Below the pieces are notes generated by a model. That model was not told the origin of the DNA. It did no database searches and saw only the letters and a list, made by a program, of their open reading frames with translations. A stretch of DNA of 64,000 bases, taken from NCBI GenBank assembly GCA_963704165.1, contig CAVPHD010000005.1:64001-128000 (forward strand). The letters run 5' to 3'. The translations under genes and the position numbers were made by a program. Positions within the stretch are counted from its first letter, which is position 1. Every line of letters begins with the position of its first letter. Shown here piece after piece: positions 30,846 to 40,366 of this stretch. This DNA comes from an uncultured delta proteobacterium (GTDB taxonomy: Bacteria; Myxococcota_A; UBA9160; SZUA-336).

Positions 30846-31454
30846 ATGAACGACCTCGCCAAGCTTCGCCGGAACGCTCTGCTCGGTGGCCTCCTCCTCG
30901 TGCTCGGAGCGACCATGCTCGATGGCATGACCGCGACCTTCGAGTTCGTGCGGGGAGATCGGACCGAGCTCGCCCAGGTCAGGCGGGAGAGCGCGCTTCA
31001 GCGCGGGGTGGTCGCCGCGCTCGAGGCCAAGGCTCCGCGAGTGGATCCGCTGCTCTCCGCGCGGATCGCAGCCAGCATCGCGCGCTGTGGCCGCGAGCAG
31101 GCACTTCCACCCGACCTGGTCCTCGCGGTGCTGATGCAGGAGAGCAGTGCGCGCCCCGGTGCGCGCAGCCCGAAGGGCGCGATCGGGCTCATGCAGGTGA
31201 TGCCACACATGTACGAGGTCCTCGCACTCCCCGGCAGCGCGATGCACGTCGAGGCCAACATCGAGGCGGGCTGTCGGCTGCTCGCCGACAACATCCGACG
31301 GCTCGGCGAGGAGCGCGGAATCAGCAGCTACTGCTGGGGAAATGTCGTTGGCAATGATTTCTACCTGCGCCGCGTCCAGAAGCTTCGCCGCGATCTCCGG
31401 CCCTATCTGAACGACGTCAGCGTGCACGGCTCGATCGCCCCGGTCAGCGGATGA
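30846..31454 (+). CDS. Lytic transglycosylase (SLT domain), membrane-anchored or secreted
   Basis: 'LAVLMQESS', 'SPKGAIGLMQVMP' and 'NIEAG'; N-terminal hydrophobic segment. Confidence 0.9.
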   Translation: MNDLAKLRRNALLGGLLLVLGATMLDGMTATFEFVRGDRTELAQVRRESALQRGVVAALEAKAPRVDPLLSARIAASIARCGREQALPPDLVLAVLMQESSARPGARSPKGAIGLMQVMPHMYEVLALPGSAMHVEANIEAGCRLLADNIRRLGEERGISSYCWGNVVGNDFYLRRVQKLRRDLRPYLNDVSVHGSIAPVSG

Positions 31455-31963
31455 AGCGTCCTGCGCGCGGTCGCGCCCGGCCGCGGCGCTCCAGCCACTT
31501 CGACGAGCACGGCGAAGCGCGGATGGTCGATGTCGGCGCGAAGGCGGTCACGGTGCGAGAGGCCATCGCCCGCGGCCGCGTCCGTCTCTCCCGCGAGGCA
31601 TTCGACGCCGTCGTCGAGGGAACGGCGAAGAAGGGAGATGTTCTCGCCGTCGCTCGGATCGCCGCGATCCAGGCCGCCAAGCGGACCTCGGATTGGATTC
31701 CTCTCTGTCACCCCCTGGCGCTCGATGCGTTGGAGGTCTCGTTCGAACCCGACTCCACCGGCCCGGCGATCTCGATCGAAGCGCGCGTCCGCACGAGCGC
31801 GCGCACGGGGGTCGAGATGGAGGCGATGGTCGCCGTTTCCGCGGCCGCCCTCACGATCTACGACATGTGCAAATCGATCGACCGCGGGATTTCGATCGAC
31901 GACGTGCGCCTGGTGCGGAAATCGGGCGGGAAGAGCGGGATCTACGAGCGCGCGGGTGAGTGA
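31451..31963 (+). CDS. moaC: Cyclic pyranopterin monophosphate synthase MoaC
   Basis: 'HFDEHGEARMVDV', 'KGDVL', 'IPLCHP', 'TGVEMEA', 'IYDMCK' and 'KSGGKSG'. Confidence 0.97.
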   Translation: MKRPARGRARPRRSSHFDEHGEARMVDVGAKAVTVREAIARGRVRLSREAFDAVVEGTAKKGDVLAVARIAAIQAAKRTSDWIPLCHPLALDALEVSFEPDSTGPAISIEARVRTSARTGVEMEAMVAVSAAALTIYDMCKSIDRGISIDDVRLVRKSGGKSGIYERAGE

Positions 31964-32025
31964 GCCTGTCTTGTCAGCCTCGCGCCTGTAGGGATAAGCT
32001 CGCGCCGCGCGAGCTGGACCTACGG

Positions 32026-33237
32026 ATGAGAACGGCAAACCTCTCGATCGCCTTGCTTCTCGTGTGCTCGCCGCTTGTTGCGGTGTCGGCGGCCCCTTCG
32101 GCGAGCGAAGGATCCGAGGTCGTCGATCTGATCCCACTGGAGCGAGCAGCCTGGACTCCGAAGAACGTATTCGTCGGCTTGGCCGGGGTCTTCGGCCGCT
32201 GGAACCATTGGTACGGTGAACGCGTGATCGAGATCGAGACCGTCCCCCCGGATGCGGACCTCGGTCTCTACTACCTGCGTCAGAGCTTCCAGAAACGCTT
32301 CGTGCGCACGAAAGCGCCCGCGACGGTGAGGCTTCCACCCCGTGTCGACTCCACTCCCAAGGACGCGATTCGCATCAGCGCCACCGCGAATGGCTACCTC
32401 GCGAAGGAGGTCAGCTTCTCGTCCGCGGACGTGCCTTCGCGAGTGACGATCACGCTGAGTGCGCTGCCCAACTCGCTGGTGTCTCTGGGTCAGACCAGCT
32501 TCGGGGGCCGTACCACGATCGTGCTGCGAACCACGGAGCAACCCGAGGTCCGTCTCAGCAAGAGCTCGCGCAGCAACGGGTTCACGATTGCGCTGACCAA
32601 GACCGCGCTGAGGCTCGAGAGGACAGCGTCCGGCTCCGGTGCCCGGCTGAAGAGCATCGATGCCAATCAGATCGCCGAGGACGCCGTCGTGCGCGTCGAG
32701 ACCGACGCCGCCGACGTGGAGGTCCGCTCGAAGCAGAGATTCGATCCGGTGAGCGCGCACCACGTGCTGGTCTTCGATCTCGTTCGACCGGGCACGACCG
32801 CACCGTCGGATGCCGAGATCCGCGCGCACCTCCAGAGCCTCCCCTACGTGCCGAACTCGATCTGCGATGCGCGCTATGCTGAGGTACTTCGGTCGCGTCT
32901 CGGTGATGCGCAGATCGCAGATGCGTTGCGCCCGACGGGGGAGATCGCGGACCTCTATCGCCGAGAGGCGATGTTGCGGCTCGGGCGCTTCCGCGAGGGA
33001 GTGGTCCGAACCGAGTCAGGTGAGACGCTGCGCACGGGGAGCTCGCTCGAGATGGCTCTGGCGCTGCAGTCTGCAGCGACCGTGGATGGCTACCTGGCGT
33101 TGCTCGGAGCGCTCGCGCGGTCGGAGTCGCGATCCGACGATGCGATGAGGAGCCTCGTAGCCCCGCAGCTCTCTGCCGCCGAGTTCGCACCGATCTACGA
33201 GGCTGCCGAGCGTATCCGCGCCAGCTGTCACCGTTAG
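32026..33237 (+). CDS. Secreted hypothetical protein (possible PEGA-like and AMIN-like beta domains)
   Basis: Signal peptide 'MRTANLSIALLLVCSPLVAVSA'. Beta-rich middle and helical C-terminus; domain guesses are by eye. Confidence 0.65.
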   Translation: MRTANLSIALLLVCSPLVAVSAAPSASEGSEVVDLIPLERAAWTPKNVFVGLAGVFGRWNHWYGERVIEIETVPPDADLGLYYLRQSFQKRFVRTKAPATVRLPPRVDSTPKDAIRISATANGYLAKEVSFSSADVPSRVTITLSALPNSLVSLGQTSFGGRTTIVLRTTEQPEVRLSKSSRSNGFTIALTKTALRLERTASGSGARLKSIDANQIAEDAVVRVETDAADVEVRSKQRFDPVSAHHVLVFDLVRPGTTAPSDAEIRAHLQSLPYVPNSICDARYAEVLRSRLGDAQIADALRPTGEIADLYRREAMLRLGRFREGVVRTESGETLRTGSSLEMALALQSAATVDGYLALLGALARSESRSDDAMRSLVAPQLSAAEFAPIYEAAERIRASCHR

Positions 33238-33311
33238 GCTCGATTCGCCACTCCTTCGAACGGGCTGCGATCACCCGGATCCGCTCCTCACCCCATGAGG
33301 GGAGCCGCAAG

Positions 33312-33995
33312 GTGGACTTCGATTCGCGTTCCGAGTGGCCGCGTGAGCGTCTGGATCGTGAGGGCCCGGAGTCGCTCGCGCTCGCAGAGCTGATCGCGTT
33401 GCTGGTGCGAACGGGTGCGCGCGGGTCCACGTCGCTCCGGGTCGCGGACGCGCTGCTCGAGCGGTTCGGCTCGCTCGACGCGCTGGCGCGTGCGGGCAAC
33501 GCAGAGCTTCGCGGCGTGCCGGGAATGGGTCCCGCGAAGGTGGCATCGCTTCGCGCGGCTTTCGAAATCGGCGCCCGTCTCGCGCGAACCCCTCTCGTTC
33601 CGGGCGAGAAGATGCAGTCACCGGAGCAAGTTGCGGCGCACTTCCGTGCCCGCATGCGCCACTACCGCCAGGAGGTCTTCGTCGTCCTGCTTCTCGACAG
33701 TCGTCACCGCATGATCGGCGAGGTCGAGGTGAGCCGCGGGAGCCTGAATCAGAGTCTGGTGCACCCGCGCGAGGTCTTCGCACCCGCGCTGCGCGAGTCC
33801 GCCGCCGCGATCCTCGTACTTCACAACCACCCGAGCGGCGATCCCCAGCCGAGCCGCGAGGATCACGAGGTGACGCGTCGACTCGTGCGTGCCGGCGAGA
33901 TCCTCGGGATCCGGATGGTCGATCACTTGGTGATCGCAAACGAGGCGTTCACGAGCTTCGCGCGGATCGGGCAACTCGTGGGCTCAAGTGACTGA
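33312..33995 (+). CDS. radC: RadC family JAB-domain protein
   Basis: 'PRERL', HhH 'VPGMGPAK', 'VHPREVF' and 'HNHPSGDPQPSRED'. Confidence 0.95.
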   Translation: MDFDSRSEWPRERLDREGPESLALAELIALLVRTGARGSTSLRVADALLERFGSLDALARAGNAELRGVPGMGPAKVASLRAAFEIGARLARTPLVPGEKMQSPEQVAAHFRARMRHYRQEVFVVLLLDSRHRMIGEVEVSRGSLNQSLVHPREVFAPALRESAAAILVLHNHPSGDPQPSREDHEVTRRLVRAGEILGIRMVDHLVIANEAFTSFARIGQLVGSSD

Positions 33996-34031
33996 AGTGT
34001 CCGGCCGATCGAAGTGACGTAGGTGTAGAGG

Positions 34032-34394
34032 ATGCCCATGGCACCGAAAGACCGACCCAGAGAGAGCAACCGGCGCAGATCCGAGCGCGAGGACCTGAAG
34101 GTCCGCGTCGACTACTCCGCCGTGGACGCGTTCTTCAGCGAGTTCACGACGAACGTCAATGAGGGCGGCATGTTCATCGCGACCGAGACGCCGGCGCCGC
34201 TGGACTCCGAGGTCGCACTCGAGTTCCGGCTTCCCGGTCTCGACCGACCCGTGAATGTCTCGGGTCGCGTCGCCTGGATCAGCGACGGTAAAGGCGACTC
34301 ACCCGTGGGGATGGGGATCGAATTCCACGAACTCGTCCCCGAGGTTCGCGCGACGATCAACGACCTCGTGCGAAGTCTCCGGCAGCGCCAGTAG
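34032..34394 (+). CDS. PilZ domain protein (myxobacterial TIGR02266-like)
   Basis: RRSER, 'NVNEGGMFIAT' and 'GMGIEF'. Confidence 0.88.
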   Translation: MPMAPKDRPRESNRRRSEREDLKVRVDYSAVDAFFSEFTTNVNEGGMFIATETPAPLDSEVALEFRLPGLDRPVNVSGRVAWISDGKGDSPVGMGIEFHELVPEVRATINDLVRSLRQRQ

Positions 34395-34410
34395 CCGCCA
34401 GCCCCCTTCG

Positions 34411-34851
34411 TCAGAAGGGGATCTCGTCGTCCGCACCGCTCGAAGATGGCGACGAGTCCGCGTAACCAGCGCCACTGCCACGCGCAGACGCGTCGTCGCC
34501 GAAGGACCCACCGTCGTCACCACGCCGACCGAGCATCTGCATCGTGTTCGCGACGATCTCGGTCGTGTATCGCTTGTTGCCTTCCTTGTCTTCCCATTCG
34601 CGCGTCTGCAGCCGGCCCTCGACATAGACCTGCTTGCCCTTCCGCAGGTACTCGCCGCAGATCTCCGCGAGTCGCGCCCAGGCGACGACCCGGTGCCACT
34701 CGGTTTTTTCCTGCGGCTCGCCGCTCTTGTCCTTCCACCGCTCAGACGTAGCGACGGAGAAGGTGCAGACGTGCTCACCGGACTTCGTTTGCCGGACCTC
34801 TGGGTCGCGCCCTACGTTTCCGACGATGATTACCTTGTTCACGCCAGCCAT
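34411..34851 (-). CDS. ssb: Single-stranded DNA-binding protein
   Basis: '[15 protein letters not shown]', 'TEWHRVV' and C-terminal DDEIPF. Confidence 0.98.
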   Translation of the reverse strand: MAGVNKVIIVGNVGRDPEVRQTKSGEHVCTFSVATSERWKDKSGEPQEKTEWHRVVAWARLAEICGEYLRKGKQVYVEGRLQTREWEDKEGNKRYTTEIVANTMQMLGRRGDDGGSFGDDASARGSGAGYADSSPSSSGADDEIPF

Positions 34852-35086
34852 TGCGCACTCCTCTCGTACGAATCGGGGCGAGGATTCGACGACAGGCTAG
34901 CACAATGACGGTTGGGCAAGCCCGGTAGATCTTGCCTTTCTCGTCGCCGTTCCCGATCGTAGAGGTCCCCTCTGGGTTCGAGAGCGCGCTCGAGCCGTCG
35001 TCGCACTACGCGTTCGACGGATCGACGCGACGAGAGATCACGAGGACCGCGAATGAGGGGACAGCGCAACTCACGAGCGACGCAAC

Positions 35087-37375
35087 TTGGGTAGAGGCGT
35101 GAAGCGATCCGCGGCCAAACGCTCGACCAAGGCTGAACCTCGGCTGCCCGGGCGACTCGAGGCCGAGGCGGTGGCCGTGACGCTAGCTGTCCTCGCGCTG
35201 TTCACCGAGGCTGCGCTCCTCTCGTACGATCCGTCCGACCCACTGATTGCGAGCGGAGCGAGGGTCGAAAATTGGTGCGGTCCCGTCGGGGCGCTCGTGG
35301 CAGGCGGGCTGGCGGGCAGCCTGGGATTCGCCGCCCACGTACTTCCGCTCGCCGCGGGCGTCGTTGCGCTGCGCTATCTGCGCGGGCTGCCGTTGCGACC
35401 GCGCTGGATTCCCCTGGCGGGCTGGTCGCTCTGCCTGCTCAGTCTGGCGGCGGGCTTCGAAGTCCTTCACCGTGCGATCCCCGACTCGATCCCGGCGGGC
35501 GCGGGCGGGTTCCTTGGGATTGGAATCGTCGGCCCCTTGTCGCGAGCGTTCTACCTCGCGGGCTCGTCTCTCATTCTTTGGATCGCCGCGGCGCTCGGTC
35601 TACTGGCCGCGACGGGCGTATCGCTTCGAGATGCGACCCAGGGGGCGCGCCAACTCGTACGCCGAGCGGCGCGCGAATTCGGGCAGCTGGCGCGCGTGAG
35701 CGGAGTCCGCCTTCGCAGGCGCCTCGCGGCGCGTGCAGAGGCGCGAGGCGCAGAGCGCGAGGAGGCCGATCCCCCGACGCCTGGAACGCGCCAGAGCCAG
35801 AGAGCCGCGCCCCGTCTCACGCCGTCCCGAAGGGTCAAAGCGGGTGAGCCCGAGGTCGTCGAGTACCGCGTGGCCGCGCCCGCGCCGCTGCGTCAGGAGC
35901 CGTTGCCATTCGCGGACGGTCGAGCCGAGGGGCCGTACAAGCTGCCCGATCTCGATCTGCTCGCCCGCGGACCTGATTCGAGCCCGAACCTCGATCGCGA
36001 CGCGCTGATTCGCAACTCGCAGATCCTCGAGAAGAAGCTCGCCGACTTCGCCGTGCTCGGGCGCGTCGTGAAGGTGCATCCCGGTCCGGTGATCACGATG
36101 TACGAATTCGAGCCCGCGCCCGGTGTGAAGGTATCGCGCATCGTGAATCTGTCCGACGATCTCGCGCTCGCGCTGCGCGCGACCTCCGTCCGGATCGTCG
36201 CGCCGATCCCGGGGAAGAACGTCGTCGGGATCGAAGTGCCCAACGTCGAGCGAGACGTGGTGGTGATTCGCGACGTGATCGCGCACTCGTGCTTCCAGGA
36301 GGCCGAGTCGCGGATTCCGATCGCACTCGGCAAGGACATCTTCGGCAACCCCGTCACGGCCGATCTCGCTTCGACGCCGCATCTGCTCGTCGCGGGGGCC
36401 ACCGGCACGGGGAAGTCGGTGTTCCTCAACGCGCTGCTCTGCAGCATCCTCATGCGTTCGACGCCCGACGACGTCAAGCTCCTGCTCGTCGATCCGAAGA
36501 TGCTCGAGTTCTCGCTCTACCAAGGTGTTCCGCATCTGATCGCCGACGTCGTCACGAATCCGAAGCGCGCAGCCGCCGCGCTCCTCGGCGTCGTGAACAA
36601 GATGGAAGAGCGCTACCAGCTGATGGCGAAGCGCGGCGTGCGCAACATCGAGCAGTACAACAAGGCCATCGCCAAGGATCTCGCCACCCACCGGCCGAAA
36701 GCCGACGACGAAATCGTCCCGAAGAAGCTTCCGTACATCGTCGTCGTGATCGACGAGCTCGCAGATCTGATGATCGTCGCCGCGCGCGATGTCGAGGAGT
36801 CGCTGATGCGGCTCGCGCAGATGGCACGCGCCGCCGGCATCCACCTCGTGCTCGCGACGCAGCGCCCGAGCGTGGACGTGCTCACGGGGATCATCAAGGC
36901 GAACTTCCCGTCCCGAATCTCGTTCCAGGTGAGCTCGCGCACGGACTCGCGCACGGTTCTAGACGCGAATGGAGCGGAAAGACTGCTGGGCATGGGAGAC
37001 CTCCTCTACGTTCCACCCGGCAGCTCGAAGCTCGAGCGAATCCATGGGCCGTACATCTCCGAGAAGGAGGTCGAGGCCGTCACGAAGTGGGTACGCCAAC
37101 AGGGGTCTCCAGAATTCGACCCGACGCTGATTCGTCTCAGTCAGGAAAGCGAGAAGAACGAGGAGCGGGGGGAGGACCTCGATGAGCTCTTCGATCAGGC
37201 AGTCGACGTGGTCGCGCGCAACAGAATCGCGTCGATCTCGTTCGTTCAACGCAAGCTCAAGATCGGATACAACCGGTCGGCGAGGATTCTGGAGCAGATG
37301 GAGGCCGACGGCATCGTCGGGCCTCAAGAGGGAACCAAGCCCCGTGAGATCTTCGTCCGTCCGCCCGACGAGTAG
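35087..37375 (+). CDS. ftsK: DNA translocase FtsK
   Basis: N-terminal TM domain, 'PHLLVAGATGTGKS', 'DELADLM', 'ATQRPSVDV' and gamma domain 'IGYNRSAR'. Confidence 0.97.
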   Translation: MGRGVKRSAAKRSTKAEPRLPGRLEAEAVAVTLAVLALFTEAALLSYDPSDPLIASGARVENWCGPVGALVAGGLAGSLGFAAHVLPLAAGVVALRYLRGLPLRPRWIPLAGWSLCLLSLAAGFEVLHRAIPDSIPAGAGGFLGIGIVGPLSRAFYLAGSSLILWIAAALGLLAATGVSLRDATQGARQLVRRAAREFGQLARVSGVRLRRRLAARAEARGAEREEADPPTPGTRQSQRAAPRLTPSRRVKAGEPEVVEYRVAAPAPLRQEPLPFADGRAEGPYKLPDLDLLARGPDSSPNLDRDALIRNSQILEKKLADFAVLGRVVKVHPGPVITMYEFEPAPGVKVSRIVNLSDDLALALRATSVRIVAPIPGKNVVGIEVPNVERDVVVIRDVIAHSCFQEAESRIPIALGKDIFGNPVTADLASTPHLLVAGATGTGKSVFLNALLCSILMRSTPDDVKLLLVDPKMLEFSLYQGVPHLIADVVTNPKRAAAALLGVVNKMEERYQLMAKRGVRNIEQYNKAIAKDLATHRPKADDEIVPKKLPYIVVVIDELADLMIVAARDVEESLMRLAQMARAAGIHLVLATQRPSVDVLTGIIKANFPSRISFQVSSRTDSRTVLDANGAERLLGMGDLLYVPPGSSKLERIHGPYISEKEVEAVTKWVRQQGSPEFDPTLIRLSQESEKNEERGEDLDELFDQAVDVVARNRIASISFVQRKLKIGYNRSARILEQMEADGIVGPQEGTKPREIFVRPPDE

Positions 37376-37400
37376 CGCGCGCGCCCTGCTGGCGTGCCTG

Positions 37401-38009
37401 GTGCTCACGCTCGTCGCCGCAGAGGCGGAGGACGAAGCGGGCCGCACTCTCGATGCGGTGCAGACGCGCTACGACGCCGTCCGCGATCTGCGCGCGAGCT
37501 TCGAGCAATCGAGCTTCAGCACGGCGCTCGGTACGGAAGTCCGCTCTGGGGGCGAAGTGACCGTCGAGAGGCCCGGAAAGATGCGCTGGGAGTACGCGTC
37601 GCCCGACGGCCGCGTGATCGTCCTCGACGCGAACTCGATCCGGATCTGGAATCCCGAGGAGAACCAGCTTCAGATCGCCGCGATCTCGGTCGGCAACGTA
37701 TCCCCCACGGCACTCGGCTTTCTGCTCGGCCAGTCGGTCCTACGCGACGTGTTCGAGGCCGAGCTGATCTCGGAGCCCGCGCGCGCCGAGCGCGGGCTCC
37801 GACTCCGACCCAAGAGCGACGGCGGTTTCGAATTGCTGGAGTTGTGGGTCGACGCGAAGACCTATCAATTGCGGGAGTCCGTGGTCGTCGATCTGTTCGG
37901 GAACCGAACTCGCCTCCGACTCGACCAGATGCGCGAGAACGAAGGCGTCGGCAGCGCAGAGTTCGAGTTCTCCGCCCCCGAGGGAGCGGAGGTCATCGAT
38001 CTGCGATGA
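37401..38009 (+). CDS. lolA: Outer-membrane lipoprotein carrier LolA (start uncertain)
   Basis: 'LRASFEQ', 'RPGKMRWEY' and 'FEFSAPEGAEVID'; canonical position after ftsK. Confidence 0.88.
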   Translation: MLTLVAAEAEDEAGRTLDAVQTRYDAVRDLRASFEQSSFSTALGTEVRSGGEVTVERPGKMRWEYASPDGRVIVLDANSIRIWNPEENQLQIAAISVGNVSPTALGFLLGQSVLRDVFEAELISEPARAERGLRLRPKSDGGFELLELWVDAKTYQLRESVVVDLFGNRTRLRLDQMRENEGVGSAEFEFSAPEGAEVIDLR

Positions 38010-38475
38010 AGCGCGTTGTCGGTTTTGCGAATCCGAGTCCGGTGGCGCGCCATCCAAAGAGCGGCACGCCGCGACTCAGTTTGGGTGGCGAAGTCTTGAC
38101 GCCCGGGCCGTCGGCGAACCGTCGCGCCTGCGAGGGTCCGGCAGAGGCCGCTCGCCGAGCGATAAACCGTGGAGTCTCAAGGACTTTCGCCATTGGCTGC
38201 ACGCCTGGGGCCGTTGCAATGAGAAGACGTTTTGATAGACTTTTGAAGTATCCTAACTGTTCGATATATCAGGTGATTTTGGACCGAAGTCGGGTTCAGG
38301 GGTCAGTCCTTCCCGTACCGGGGCGTGTTGCTTCACCCGAGTTCCTTCATGCGAGCTGCAACGCGTCCGTGACTCCGGCGTATAAGCGCTTGAACGCTCA
38401 GGATTTTCTGTCGACACGACGCGACCTGGTGCTTTCTTCGCGCTCGCATCGGATACGAGCTTCGGCAGACTCTGC

Positions 38476-38492
38476 TTGGTATGTCGATTGCA
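38476..38492 (+). promoter_or_regulatory. Putative sigma54 (-24/-12) promoter of the Pup-proteasome operon
   Basis: TTGGTATGTCGATTGCA has GG-N10-GC spacing and matches TGGYAYR-N4-TTGCW. It ends 40 bp before the arc ATG, which has SD GAGGAG. Confidence 0.65.
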
Positions 38493-38532
38493 TTTCTCGG
38501 AGGCGCGGATCAGCGGAAGGCGAGGAGATCCA

Positions 38533-40365
38533 ATGAGCGACACGGGTTCGGGTTCCGGGAGGAGAGGGTTCGTCCGAGACGTAATGAAGCGCATCTCCGT
38601 CTCGCGCGGAGCTGATGACGACGAACGGGAGAGCCGCTTGCCTGACGACATGGATGAGATCGAGAAGGTTCGAGACTCGCTGCGCTTTCTTGGGCCGGAG
38701 TCGGCCGATCTCGCGCGTCGCGTCGAACGCGTCCTGATGGAGTACGAGATGCTCCGCCAGCGCGTCGAGCGTCAGCGGCAGCAGGTCTTCGACTCCGAGC
38801 GCCAGAACGAGAAGCTCGTCAGCGGACTGCAGGACGCAAAGCAGCAGATCGATCTGCTCAAGCAGGAGGTAGACAAGCTCTGCTCCCCGCCGAATACGTA
38901 CGGGATCTTCGAGCGCAGCAACAAGGACGGAACCTGCGAGATCAACGTCGACGGCAAGATGATGCGGGTGAACTCGCATCCGAGCATCCGCATCGAGGAG
39001 CTGATGGAAGGTCAGCTCGTCGTGTTGAATGAGGCCTTCAACATCGTCGACGCGACGACCTTCGACCCCCGCGGCGAGGTGATGACCGTTTCCGACGTTC
39101 TGGACGATGGGCGCGTGATCGTCCTCGGTCACGCCGACGAGGAGCGCGTGGTGAGCCTCTCGCAGCCGATGCGGCGCGAGAAGCTCAAGGCCGGCGACAA
39201 CCTGCTCGTCAATCCGCGCTCCGGATTCGGCGTGGAGCGTCTGCCAAAGTCCACGGTCGATCAGGTCATGCTCGAGGAAGTTCCCGACGTCACGTACGAG
39301 GACATCGGCGGACTCGGCGATCAGATCGAAGTCCTGCGCGACGCGATCGAGCTGCCGTACCTGCATGCCGACCGCTTCAAGCGCTACAGCCTCTCGCCAC
39401 CGAAGGGCATCCTCCTCTACGGACCTCCGGGGTGCGGGAAGACCATGATTGGCAAGGCGGTGGCCAACAGCCTCGCGCTTCGCATCCAGGAGCTGCGCGG
39501 CGGCGAAGCGAAGAGCTACTTCCTCAACGTGAAGGGTCCGGAGCTCCTGAACAAGTACGTCGGTGAGACGGAGCACAAGATCCGCGAAGTGTTCAAGAAC
39601 GCGCGAGAGAAGGCGGAGGAGGACGTTCCCGTCGTCATCTTCTTCGACGAGATGGATTCACTCTTCCGCATGCGTGGATCCGGGATCTCGTCTGACATGG
39701 AAGCGACGGTCGTCGCGCAGTTCCTTTCGGAGATCGACGGAATCGAGTCTCTGCGGAACGTGATCGTGATCGGTGCGAGCAATCGCCAGGATCTGATCGA
39801 TCCGGCGGTGCTTCGACCCGGTCGCCTCGACCTGAAGGTGAAGGTGCATCGACCCGAGAAGGCCGGAGCGCTGCAGATCTTCACCAAGTACCTGACGACC
39901 GATCTGCCGTTCAGCCAGGATGCGACGAACAAGTACGGACCGGATGTGAAGGCGATCGTTCACGGCATCGTCTCGGAAACCGTCGAGTCGATGTACGCGG
40001 AGAACGAGGAGAACAAGTTCCTCGAGGTCACCTACGCGAAGGGCGAGCGCGAGATCTTCTTCTTCAAGGATTTCTCGAGCGGCGCGATGCTGAAGAACAT
40101 CGTGGACCGCGCCAAGAAGAAGGCGGTGAAGCGGGCGATCACCTCCGGTGACGACGGAGTCCGCCTCTCGGACATGCTCGAATCCGTGCGCGAGGAGTTC
40201 AAGGAGAACGAGGACCTGCCGAACACGACGAACCCCGACGACTGGGCGCGGATCTCCGGGCGAAAGGGCGAGCGCATCATCAACGTGCGCACGCTGATCA
40301 CCGGCATGAACCGCTCGGAGCACCAGATCGAGAACGTCGGCGGTGGCTCGGGGCAGTATCTCTGA
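38533..40365 (+). CDS. arc: Proteasome-associated AAA+ ATPase ARC/Mpa
   Basis: N-terminal coiled coil, 'PPNTYG' and tandem OB region, GPPGCGKT, 'NVKGPELLNKYVGETE', FFDEMDS, 'ENEDLPNTTNPDDWARISG', C-terminal GQYL. Confidence 0.97.
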   Translation: MSDTGSGSGRRGFVRDVMKRISVSRGADDDERESRLPDDMDEIEKVRDSLRFLGPESADLARRVERVLMEYEMLRQRVERQRQQVFDSERQNEKLVSGLQDAKQQIDLLKQEVDKLCSPPNTYGIFERSNKDGTCEINVDGKMMRVNSHPSIRIEELMEGQLVVLNEAFNIVDATTFDPRGEVMTVSDVLDDGRVIVLGHADEERVVSLSQPMRREKLKAGDNLLVNPRSGFGVERLPKSTVDQVMLEEVPDVTYEDIGGLGDQIEVLRDAIELPYLHADRFKRYSLSPPKGILLYGPPGCGKTMIGKAVANSLALRIQELRGGEAKSYFLNVKGPELLNKYVGETEHKIREVFKNAREKAEEDVPVVIFFDEMDSLFRMRGSGISSDMEATVVAQFLSEIDGIESLRNVIVIGASNRQDLIDPAVLRPGRLDLKVKVHRPEKAGALQIFTKYLTTDLPFSQDATNKYGPDVKAIVHGIVSETVESMYAENEENKFLEVTYAKGEREIFFFKDFSSGAMLKNIVDRAKKKAVKRAITSGDDGVRLSDMLESVREEFKENEDLPNTTNPDDWARISGRKGERIINVRTLITGMNRSEHQIENVGGGSGQYL

Positions 40366-40366
40366 C

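Noticed and set aside
33312..33995. radC as a marker of a mobile element
   Set aside because: It is the full-length chromosomal type (N-terminal HhH region) among housekeeping genes, with no integrase or direct repeats.
38198..38218. NtrC-binding site (TGCA..TGCA) upstream of the sigma54 motif
   Set aside because: The spacing is TGCA-N13-TGCA, not the N9 of the NtrC consensus, so the activator cannot be assigned.
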